Assembly (NCBI GenBank): GCA_030638895.1
Contig: DAOWDS010000020.1
Coordinates: 1 to 42,777, forward strand
Direction: 5' to 3'
DNA length: 42,777 nt
Origin: Candidatus Moraniibacteriota bacterium
GTDB taxonomy: Bacteria; Patescibacteriota; Minisyncoccia; JAHIHE01; JAGLIN01
Part shown: one piece after another, positions 36,332 to 42,777 of the stretch
Position numbering within the stretch: the stretch's first letter is position 1
Layout of the letters: every line of letters starts with the position of its first letter
Made by a program: the position numbers and the translations under genes
The notes under the pieces: model-generated
Database searches by the model: none
Told to the model about the DNA's origin: nothing
The model's input: the letters and a program-made list of their open reading frames with translations, nothing else

Positions 36332-36386
36332 GGAAGCAGAGTGCTCAGCAATGCTGAGATCATAACACTCTCCTTCCGTTTTTTTT
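36332..36386 (+). terminator. Compound intrinsic terminator
   Basis: Outer stem GGAAGCAGAGTG/CACTCTCCTTCC, inner stem CTCAGC/GCTGAG, then a T8 run. Confidence 0.7.
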
Positions 36387-36568
36387 ATGTCTTTTTTTAT
36401 TTATTGACAGAAAATATAAATAAGCCATCTGATAAGCAGACAGCTTTAATGTTTTGTAAGTTTTTTATTTTTATCTTTGTCATATTTTTTAATGCTTTTA
36501 TTTAGTTTAACAAATATATTATAAAAAACAAGTTGAATGAAGTATTATATCCAGTTAAGTGGATAAGG

Positions 36569-36597
36569 TTGACATGGTTAAAACTTTTTGTTACATT
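36569..36597 (+). promoter_or_regulatory. Promoter for the M24 peptidase gene
   Basis: TTGACA, 17 bp spacer, TGT-TACATT. Confidence 0.55.
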
Positions 36598-36677
36598 ATT
36601 GTATGGGCATAATTTGATAATAGGAAATGTCTATAATTGTTCTTTATAAAAAATATTGAAAACAGGAGAATAGAAAA

Positions 36678-37808
36678 ATGCCAGATACAAAAGAAATGAA
36701 AGAAGGAACAGCTAAATTAATTGTTGCCTCTAGCAAGAAAAATTCCAATATGTTTTACGCGACTAAATTTTTTACGCCAGATCCATTCATTTGGCTTAAA
36801 ACAAAAGATGGAACAAAAGTATACGTTAATTCTTTAGAGTTTGGAAGAGCTCAAAAAGAAGCTATTGTTGACGAAGTAGTGGATGATTTTGAATTCAATT
36901 CCGGAAATTCTTTTCCTGACAAACTTGTTGACATTTTACAAAACAATGGCATTGAAAAAGTTTTGGTTCCTAAAAATTTTGAGATACAGTATGCCAAAGC
37001 ATTGTTTGATAATGGAATTAAAATTGACATCAAGCCTGGAATCTTTTTTGAAGAAAGGGCAATTAAAACCCAAAAAGAGGTGCGGGAAATCAGAAAAGTT
37101 CAAAAAGTTGCTGAAAAAGCGATGAGCAAAGCGATCAATCTAATACAAAAATCAGAAAGAGGAGGATTAGACAAGCTTTTTTATTTGGGAGAACCATTAA
37201 CCTCGGAGATGGTTAGAGAAGCCATACACATTGAATTTTTGAAAAGAGGCTGTGGTTTTGAGCCAAGTATTGTAGCTTGCGGAAAGGACAGCGCTGATCC
37301 GCATCAGACGGGAGAAGGGCCATTGTTTGCCGACCAGCCGATTGTTATAGATATATTTCCAAGATCGCACAAAAGCGGATATTTTGCTGATATGACAAGA
37401 ACTGTTGTAAAAGGAGAAGCTTCTCCTGAAATTGAAAAAATGTATGCTGCAGTACTTGAAGCTCAAGAAGCAGCGATAAAAGCAATTAAGCCTGGAATAA
37501 GCGCCAGCGCGATTGACTTGATGATACGCGATCATTTTAAAAAATGCGGATTTAAGACAGAAAAGGTCGACGGAAAACATCAAGGCTTCATTCATGCCAC
37601 TGGTCATGGAGTTGGACTCGAGATGCACGAAGATCCGATAATATACAGGACAAACGAAAAAACCTTAGAACACGGAAATGTGTTTACGGTAGAGCCTGGA
37701 TTATATTATCCAGAGATTGGTGGAATAAGAATTGAAGACCTTGTCGTTGTTACCAAAAATGGGGTTAAAAATCTCACCCAGTTTTCAAAAGACAATCTGA
37801 TAATTTAA
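36678..37808 (+). CDS. M24-family Xaa-Pro peptidase
   Basis: Creatinase/prolidase-type N-domain. Metal ligands in DIFPR..YFADMTRT, HGVGLEMHE, EPGLY and IRIED. Confidence 0.85.
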   Translation: MPDTKEMKEGTAKLIVASSKKNSNMFYATKFFTPDPFIWLKTKDGTKVYVNSLEFGRAQKEAIVDEVVDDFEFNSGNSFPDKLVDILQNNGIEKVLVPKNFEIQYAKALFDNGIKIDIKPGIFFEERAIKTQKEVREIRKVQKVAEKAMSKAINLIQKSERGGLDKLFYLGEPLTSEMVREAIHIEFLKRGCGFEPSIVACGKDSADPHQTGEGPLFADQPIVIDIFPRSHKSGYFADMTRTVVKGEASPEIEKMYAAVLEAQEAAIKAIKPGISASAIDLMIRDHFKKCGFKTEKVDGKHQGFIHATGHGVGLEMHEDPIIYRTNEKTLEHGNVFTVEPGLYYPEIGGIRIEDLVVVTKNGVKNLTQFSKDNLII

Positions 37809-37828
37809 GACAGAAAACTGTCAAATAT

Positions 37829-37857
37829 AAGGGATGATGTATTTCAATCCCTTTTTT
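37829..37857 (+). terminator. Intrinsic terminator
   Basis: AAGGGAT...ATCCCTT stem followed by a T run. Confidence 0.6.
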
Positions 37858-37973
37858 ATTATTTTTTATGTTAATCTCATTTATAGCGCGGCTATTGACA
37901 TAAAATCATAAATATGATAGACTTTTTTGTAAAGTTCCTTTTAAAGGAATTTTTTAATTAGATAAAATATTTT

Positions 37974-38597
37974 ATGCGTAAATTTTTTATTGGCACGGAT
38001 TTTAAAGAATCGCCTCTTATTGCTGTGTCAATCTTGGCTATAATAAGCATAATTTTGCACTTAGCATTTCCACAGCATATTTTAGTCGTAAAAGCTGATA
38101 AATATATAGAATTTGACATAATGCAGGAGAATTCTTTTGGTTTTAAAAACCCAATTTTAATCGGTCCAGAAGATCAACCAGCAGATAAACTAGCAAAAAC
38201 TGAAGAGCAAGAAAAACAATCAGATAAGATTTTAGCCGTACAGGTAGAAAACAGAGATGTAAAGAAAAATTTAAAAGAGAACAGTAAAACAAATAAAACT
38301 GAAGAAATAAAAGTAAAAAACAAAAAACTAGTTACAGTAACAGCATATTCTTCAACGGTTGATCAATGCGATTCTACGCCGTTTATTACGGCAAGCGGAA
38401 CTCATGTTCATGATGGAACTATAGCCGCTAATTTTTTAAAATTTGGCACAAAAGTAAAATTCCCTTCTTTGTATGGAGATAAAATATTTATTGTTGAAGA
38501 TAGAATGAAAAGCAATTATAAAGTTGATATCTGGTTTCCAACAAGACAAGAGGCCATAAATTTTGGAGCCAAAAGAGTTGAAATAGAAATACTATAG
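37974..38597 (+). CDS. 3D-domain (MltA/RlpA-like double-psi beta-barrel) cell-wall protein with N-terminal anchor
   Basis: C-terminal VTVTAYSSTVDQCDSTPFITASGTHV...IAAN...GTKVKF...IFIVEDRM...VDIWF. Confidence 0.75.
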   Translation: MRKFFIGTDFKESPLIAVSILAIISIILHLAFPQHILVVKADKYIEFDIMQENSFGFKNPILIGPEDQPADKLAKTEEQEKQSDKILAVQVENRDVKKNLKENSKTNKTEEIKVKNKKLVTVTAYSSTVDQCDSTPFITASGTHVHDGTIAANFLKFGTKVKFPSLYGDKIFIVEDRMKSNYKVDIWFPTRQEAINFGAKRVEIEIL

Positions 38598-38604
38598 AAT
38601 ATAT

Positions 38605-38640
38605 AAAAAAACAGTCCTAAAAATTTGTGGCTGTTTTTTT
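38605..38640. terminator. Bidirectional terminator between convergent genes
   Basis: A6-ACAGTC...GGCTGT-T7. Confidence 0.6.
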
Positions 38641-38656
38641 ATTTTAAAGATAGAAT

Positions 38657-39727
38657 TTATTTTTTATAAATTATTTTCACTAAAAACCGATGTATTCTTA
38701 AAAGCGGTTTTGGCGTCTCTAAGCTAAAATGGTGCGATATTGTTTTTATCTCAAAATAAATTAAAGCCGCAAGTCCAAGCACAACAAGCGCAATATTTAT
38801 CGATCTGAATATTAAGCTAAATGCAAAGCCGCTACTTTTTCCAATGCCTAATAAATTAAAAATAAAAGTCAAAGATGCTTCAAAACTTCCTAATGAACCG
38901 GGAATAGGAATAAAATTGGCTAAGGTGAAAATAAAAAATATCGCTGTTGAAAAAACAAAATCAATTGTTGATCCTAGATATAAAATAATTATCCAAATCG
39001 TTACTAAATAAAGCAATATTTCAGCAGTAGCGAGAAAAAAAGCCTTCATAAATATTCCTGTTTCTTTTTTAAAAAATTGAGCAATAATTCTTTCCATTCT
39101 TTCTATGCTTTTTTCTTTTTTCTTGACAAATTGAATTTTGTCTAATTTAGTTGTTTTAATAATAAACATAAAAAAACCATGCCCATCTGAATTGTCATTT
39201 ATTATGCGAGAGTAAAACAGATAAAAGAAAAAAACCGCTGAAATAATTATGAACACAAAACCATAAAATATGCTAGTTGGCAAAGAAAAGTGATCTATCA
39301 AAAAGACAAAGCCGATAATCATAAAGAGAAACAAAACAAAAAAATAAATTGCTTGATCAATAATTACCGAAGCAAATGATTTTTCCCAGCCGTAATCAGA
39401 TTCTTCTTTGATCATGTAGGCTCTTATTGGTTCTCCTCCAACTAAAACGGAAGGAGTTATATAGCTTACCGCAAACCCTGCCAATTTTGCTCGCAAAACC
39501 TTCCAAACGCTGATTTTATGGCTATTTTGAGCTTCAATAATAATTTTCCACCGAAATGTGCCAATAACAAAAATTGCCGCAAAATTAATTAAAAAAACGG
39601 CTAAAATAGCTGACAAAGGAAATATTTTGACAGTTTTCACCACGTTATCAAATCCAGCCTGTTGTATTGTTCCCATAAAAAGAAACAATCCCAAAAGCAA
39701 AGATAACAAAAAAAGAAACATTTTCAT
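38657..39727 (-). CDS. Flippase-like / lysylphosphatidylglycerol-synthase TM-domain (UPF0104) membrane protein
   Basis: 356 aa polytopic protein; FRWKII...WKVLRAKLAGFAVSYITPSVLVGGEPIRAYM. Confidence 0.7.
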   Translation of the reverse strand: MKMFLFLLSLLLGLFLFMGTIQQAGFDNVVKTVKIFPLSAILAVFLINFAAIFVIGTFRWKIIIEAQNSHKISVWKVLRAKLAGFAVSYITPSVLVGGEPIRAYMIKEESDYGWEKSFASVIIDQAIYFFVLFLFMIIGFVFLIDHFSLPTSIFYGFVFIIISAVFFFYLFYSRIINDNSDGHGFFMFIIKTTKLDKIQFVKKKEKSIERMERIIAQFFKKETGIFMKAFFLATAEILLYLVTIWIIILYLGSTIDFVFSTAIFFIFTLANFIPIPGSLGSFEASLTFIFNLLGIGKSSGFAFSLIFRSINIALVVLGLAALIYFEIKTISHHFSLETPKPLLRIHRFLVKIIYKK

Positions 39728-39780
39728 TTTGTTTGTTTAGAGCTCAATATTGTTATTTTGATGTCTACAAAATTAAAATG

Positions 39781-39865
39781 TGCCGAGGGAGGGACTCGAA
39801 CCCTCACGAAGTATAAGTTCAACGGATTTTAAGTCCGTCGCGTCTACCAATTCCGCCACCCCGGC
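39781..39865 (-). tRNA. tRNA-Leu (TAA), long variable arm
   Basis: Reverse complement GCCGGGGTGGCGGAATTGGTAGACGC...; anticodon loop CTTAAAA; T-loop TTCGAGT. Confidence 0.85.
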
Positions 39866-39945
39866 TAATTTGTATCAAGTATATAGAATTAGGTATCAAG
39901 CAAAATTAATATCAAGCTTGATACTTAATACTATATACTATTCTG

Positions 39946-40016
39946 AGGCCTGGATCGGATTTGAACCGATGTACGCGATTTTGCAGACCGCTACCTAGCC
40001 GCTCGGTCACCAGGCC
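39946..40016 (-). tRNA. tRNA-Cys (GCA)
   Basis: Reverse complement GGCCTGGTGACCGAGCGGCTAGGT...; anticodon loop CTGCAAA; T-loop TTCAAAT; acceptor GGCCTGG/CCAGGCC. Confidence 0.8.
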
Positions 40017-40056
40017 GCACTTTATTTGAAACAACTTTAATATCTAAACATATTTA

Positions 40057-40085
40057 AAATTAGCATAAAATTTATTAAGGGTCAA
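40057..40085 (-). promoter_or_regulatory. Promoter for the tRNA-Cys / tRNA-Leu pair
   Basis: Minus strand: TTGACC, 17 bp spacer, TGC-TAATTT, about 40 nt upstream of tRNA-Cys. Confidence 0.5.
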
Positions 40086-40188
40086 ACAAAACAACAAGAT
40101 GTTTAACTCATAACGCATAGCGCGTAGTAAAATCGTTTAACATTTTTTGCTTTACGTTATGCGTTATATGTTATGTTATAAAACAAAC

Positions 40189-40800
40189 TTAAATTCCCAA
40201 TTTAATTTGCTCAGCTTTTCCTTCTTTTCCTTTTTTGTTATTAATTCTCTCTTCTTTTATAATTTCCAAAATTTTCGGTATTTTTTTAAAATCATTTTGC
40301 AAATCTTCAAGCAGTCCGTTTCTGTATAAAGCGGCTGCGGGATGATAAATTGGATAATATACTTGTCCATTTAATCTTTTAGGCTTGCCATGATCAATAG
40401 ATATTTTATGGTTTGGCAAAAACCTGTCCATGGAATGCCTTCCCAATAAAACCATTAGCTCGGGCTTTATTATTTTAATTTGTTTATCGAGCCACTCTCT
40501 GCAAAAATCAACTTCTTCCGGCAGTGGATCGCGATTTTGCGGAGGACGGCATTTTACAACATTTGCAATATAGACATCTTTTCTTTCGAGCCCGATCAGT
40601 CCAAGAAGCTTGTCTAATAATTTTCCAGCTGAGCCTACAAATGGCCTGCCAAGTTCATCTTCTTTTTTCCCTGGTCCTTCGCCAATAAACATAATATTAG
40701 ATTTTGAACTTCCTTCTCCGGGAACAACGTTTACGCGCGTTTTGCAAAGCGCGCATTTTTCACATTTTAGGATTTGATTATTTAATTCTTCTAATGTCAT
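40189..40800 (-). CDS. udg: Family 4 uracil-DNA glycosylase (4Fe-4S)
   Basis: CEKCALC...VVPGEGS...IMFIGEGPGKKEDELGRPFVGSAGKLLD...VKCRPPQNRDP. Confidence 0.9.
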   Translation of the reverse strand: MTLEELNNQILKCEKCALCKTRVNVVPGEGSSKSNIMFIGEGPGKKEDELGRPFVGSAGKLLDKLLGLIGLERKDVYIANVVKCRPPQNRDPLPEEVDFCREWLDKQIKIIKPELMVLLGRHSMDRFLPNHKISIDHGKPKRLNGQVYYPIYHPAAALYRNGLLEDLQNDFKKIPKILEIIKEERINNKKGKEGKAEQIKLGI

Positions 40801-40818
40801 ATCAAAAATTTATTTATT

Positions 40819-41103
40819 TTACTCAACTTTATACATTTTAGATATCTCAAGATATTCAGTAATATTAAAATCATATTCTTTTTTGTTTTCATCTTTGAGA
40901 TATTTCTTTTCAAGATATTTGAAAATTGAAGGCCTGTTAGACAATGCGTGCCAATCTCCAAGCCCTTCGCTTAAATAGACAGTTTTTAGATTGTTATCTT
41001 TTTTAAATTGAATCGCAACTTTGATAATTTCATCACATAAGATTTTCTCGTCAACTTCATAGAGAAAGCTTGAGTTTGGGTTTATTCCACGCAGTAAAAG
41101 AGA
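40819..41103 (-). CDS. Open frame (95 codons) continuing the upstream large ORF after an A8 tract; reached by a -1 shift
   Basis: SLLLRGINPNSSFLYEVDEKILCDEIIKVAIQFKKDNNLKTVYLSEGLGDWHALSNRPSIFKYLEKK...KMYKVE. No usable start codon of its own. Confidence 0.55.
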   Translation of the reverse strand, partial: SLLLRGINPNSSFLYEVDEKILCDEIIKVAIQFKKDNNLKTVYLSEGLGDWHALSNRPSIFKYLEKKYLKDENKKEYDFNITEYLEISKMYKVE

Positions 41104-42776
41104 TTTTTTTTGTCATCATCAATAATATAAGCTTGAATATTGCCCCTTATTATTTCATTGTTTTTCCCGATATCTTCAACTAAATTAATGTGGAAATGAT
41201 CTTTGCGATTAAAAAGATCCATATTGTCTGCGGTGCAGATCCCAGCTGAAGCTTTGGAGAAGAAAGATCCGATGTTTTTTGAAATATACGCTTTTAGAGC
41301 AATCTTTTCTTTTTTCATCCTACTCGTTCCTTCTTTTTGATATTTTTCTATAATCTTGTTCAATTCTTTGCTTATCTTTTCTCTTTCTGTCTTTATTATT
41401 TTGTTTTCAACAAAAGTTGATAATAATATGCTTATTTTTTCTATATCTAAATCTTCCCAATATTCATCAGTTAATATTTTGTTATCTTTTTTAAGTTCTT
41501 TTCTGATAGACTTGATAAATGCTTCTTTCTTGTTTTTGTCTTGCAATGTTTGTATTATTCTGTCTTTTATCTCAGGATTTTCATTTAAAAAATTTTCAAG
41601 CTCTTCTTTAAAATTATCTTTAAAAATAATTCCAAGGACTCCCTTTGTTTCAAATAGGTAATTATATAAATCATTTATATTATTTTTATCAAAATGTTTT
41701 TCTGACAAAGAGGAAATATTTTCATTTTTTATTATGCTTATTAAATATGATAAGTTATTGCTATCTAAGCTTGGAGAAGCTTTGGTAATTTTGTCTAAAA
41801 CTTTAGAAACTTTTTGATTATAATCCTCTTCTTTGTTTTTCTCAACTGATCTTTTTATTATCCTTGCTACATACTCTATGTTTTTAAAATTGATTTCTTT
41901 TCCTTTTCTAATAACTTTTTCTGTAGGAGCTACTATGTTAATTTCATATCCATCTTCTGGAAACTTGTATCTTGCTAAGTCTCCTGTTTTGTCTTGTAAT
42001 TCTTTAAGGTATTTCTTAACTTCATTAAAACTCATTCCAATGGGATTATACACGATGTAAATTAATTCTGCCATTTCATCAAAATTTCTTTTCATATCAA
42101 TTGGATTGTTTTTAAACATTCCTTTTTTATTTTCATTTATTTCATTTACATAAATATCTCTTTCTTTTGAATCAAACTTTTTATACTTTTCAAAGATAAT
42201 TGGAAATATGTTTCCAAACTTATCAAGCATATCAAAGATATCTTTATAATCTTTTTCTATATCTATATTCCCATTCTCGCTAATAGTTTCTAAAACATTA
42301 TTTGCGGTGTTACTGTATTGATTGAATAGTTTCTTTAGAAAGCTTATCTCTTGTTCGTTATGCTGTTCCATACTTATTGTTTGATTTAAACTATTTATTG
42401 ATTCATATCCTATTTTAGAAATATTGCTTTTGTTAATCATGTCGTTTTTGATAGTGTATTCAAGATTTTTTTCTTTTGCGTATTCTAAAATATATCTAAC
42501 ATTTTCATTTGCGCACATTTTCTCAAATTCTTGAGTAGTTTTAATCTGGTAAAGATTAACGACATATTTAAGATTTTTTTCTTTTGCGTATCTTAAAACG
42601 TCTTTAACATTTTCATTTGCGCACATTTTCTCAAATTCTTGAGTAGTTTTAATCTGGTAAAGATTAACGGCATGTTTAAGATTTTCTTCTTTTGCGTATT
42701 CTAAAATATATCTAACATTTTCATTTGCGCACATTTTCTCAAATTCTTGAGTAGTTTTAATCTGGTAAAGATTAAC
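41082..42776 (-). CDS. Large hypothetical protein with N-terminal 36-aa tandem repeats, 5' end beyond window, interrupted at an A8 tract
   Basis: The frame stays open to the window edge (VNLYQIKTTQEFEK upstream of the annotated Met). No recognised family. Confidence 0.6.
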   Translation of the reverse strand, partial: VNLYQIKTTQEFEKMCANENVRYILEYAKEENLKHAVNLYQIKTTQEFEKMCANENVKDVLRYAKEKNLKYVVNLYQIKTTQEFEKMCANENVRYILEYAKEKNLEYTIKNDMINKSNISKIGYESINSLNQTISMEQHNEQEISFLKKLFNQYSNTANNVLETISENGNIDIEKDYKDIFDMLDKFGNIFPIIFEKYKKFDSKERDIYVNEINENKKGMFKNNPIDMKRNFDEMAELIYIVYNPIGMSFNEVKKYLKELQDKTGDLARYKFPEDGYEINIVAPTEKVIRKGKEINFKNIEYVARIIKRSVEKNKEEDYNQKVSKVLDKITKASPSLDSNNLSYLISIIKNENISSLSEKHFDKNNINDLYNYLFETKGVLGIIFKDNFKEELENFLNENPEIKDRIIQTLQDKNKKEAFIKSIRKELKKDNKILTDEYWEDLDIEKISILLSTFVENKIIKTEREKISKELNKIIEKYQKEGTSRMKKEKIALKAYISKNIGSFFSKASAGICTADNMDLFNRKDHFHINLVEDIGKNNEIIRGNIQAYIIDDDKKNLFYCVE

Positions 42777-42777
42777 G
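42455..42777 (-). repeat. 108 bp tandem repeat (about 3 units, continuing past the window edge)
   Basis: GCGCACATTTTCTCAAATTCTTGAGTAGTTTTAATCTGGTAAAGATTAACG recurs at 42511, 42619 and 42727 (period exactly 108 bp = 36 codons). Confidence 0.85.

Noticed and set aside
36332-36386. SRP (4.5S) RNA-like element, because of GGAAGCAG in a long hairpin
   Set aside because: It lacks the GNAR tetraloop and the conserved symmetric and asymmetric loops of domain IV. It is followed by a T8 run directly after a CDS, so it is best explained as a terminator.
39780-39998. 72-aa ORF on the + strand
   Set aside because: It spans the two minus-strand tRNA genes (Leu-TAA and Cys-GCA), so it is an artefact.
1-42777. 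Alternative genetic code (UGA reassignment, as in some CPR lineages)
   Set aside because: All conserved genes (clpB, murJ, hypD, hypE, copA and others) are intact under the standard code. TGA ends the ORF at 25202-25204, with a coupled downstream start. The in-frame TAA at 28141 is an isolated case.

Overview
AT-rich (~30% GC) bacterial chromosomal window. It is densely coding with short intergenic spacers, tRNA genes lack an encoded CCA, and many genes are small membrane or hypothetical proteins. By inference this fits a small-genome uncultivated lineage (Patescibacteria/CPR-like). All calls rest on reading the sequence and recalling family motifs; no database search was run. Housekeeping content: a 5'-truncated Cu-type P1B ATPase, murJ, rplS, recX, a VanW protein, maf, a LysM/CHAP hydrolase, a GH15 enzyme, a ZIP transporter, rluD, clpB, isopentenyl phosphate kinase, an EamA transporter, Fe/Mn SOD, an O-antigen-ligase-like protein, an M24 peptidase, a 3D-domain protein, a flippase-like membrane protein, family-4 UDG and eight tRNAs. 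Accessory content: an AbiEii/AbiEi pair and a hydrogenase-maturation cluster (hypC, hypD, hypE, and a hypF that encodes only the C-terminal domain). Most notable observations: (1) A family of 100-190 bp nested-palindrome MITE-like elements (head TGTCATTCCGGA..., tail ...GAATGACA, outer inverted termini AAATTTACCTTTTT / AAAGATAAACTTGG). There are at least 6 intergenic copies. They bracket the AbiE cassette and a neighbouring small-gene cassette, and related copies are inserted in frame in hypF (twice) and hypD (once), much like Rickettsia palindromic elements. (2) Four perfect consensus parS palindromes (TGTTTCACGTGAAACA) lie within 1.15 kb. Three sit in frame inside the O-antigen-ligase-like gene, each encoding IVSRETI. 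(3) A large repeat protein is split at an A8 tract, and the frame is restored by a -1 slip. (4) An in-frame TAA separates a Cys-rich ORF from a 61-codon open frame that ends at a terminator. (5) A wHTH-ComF-like PRTase gene has palindromic operators over a consensus promoter and may be leaderless. I found no CRISPR array, rRNA, integrase or intact transposase.
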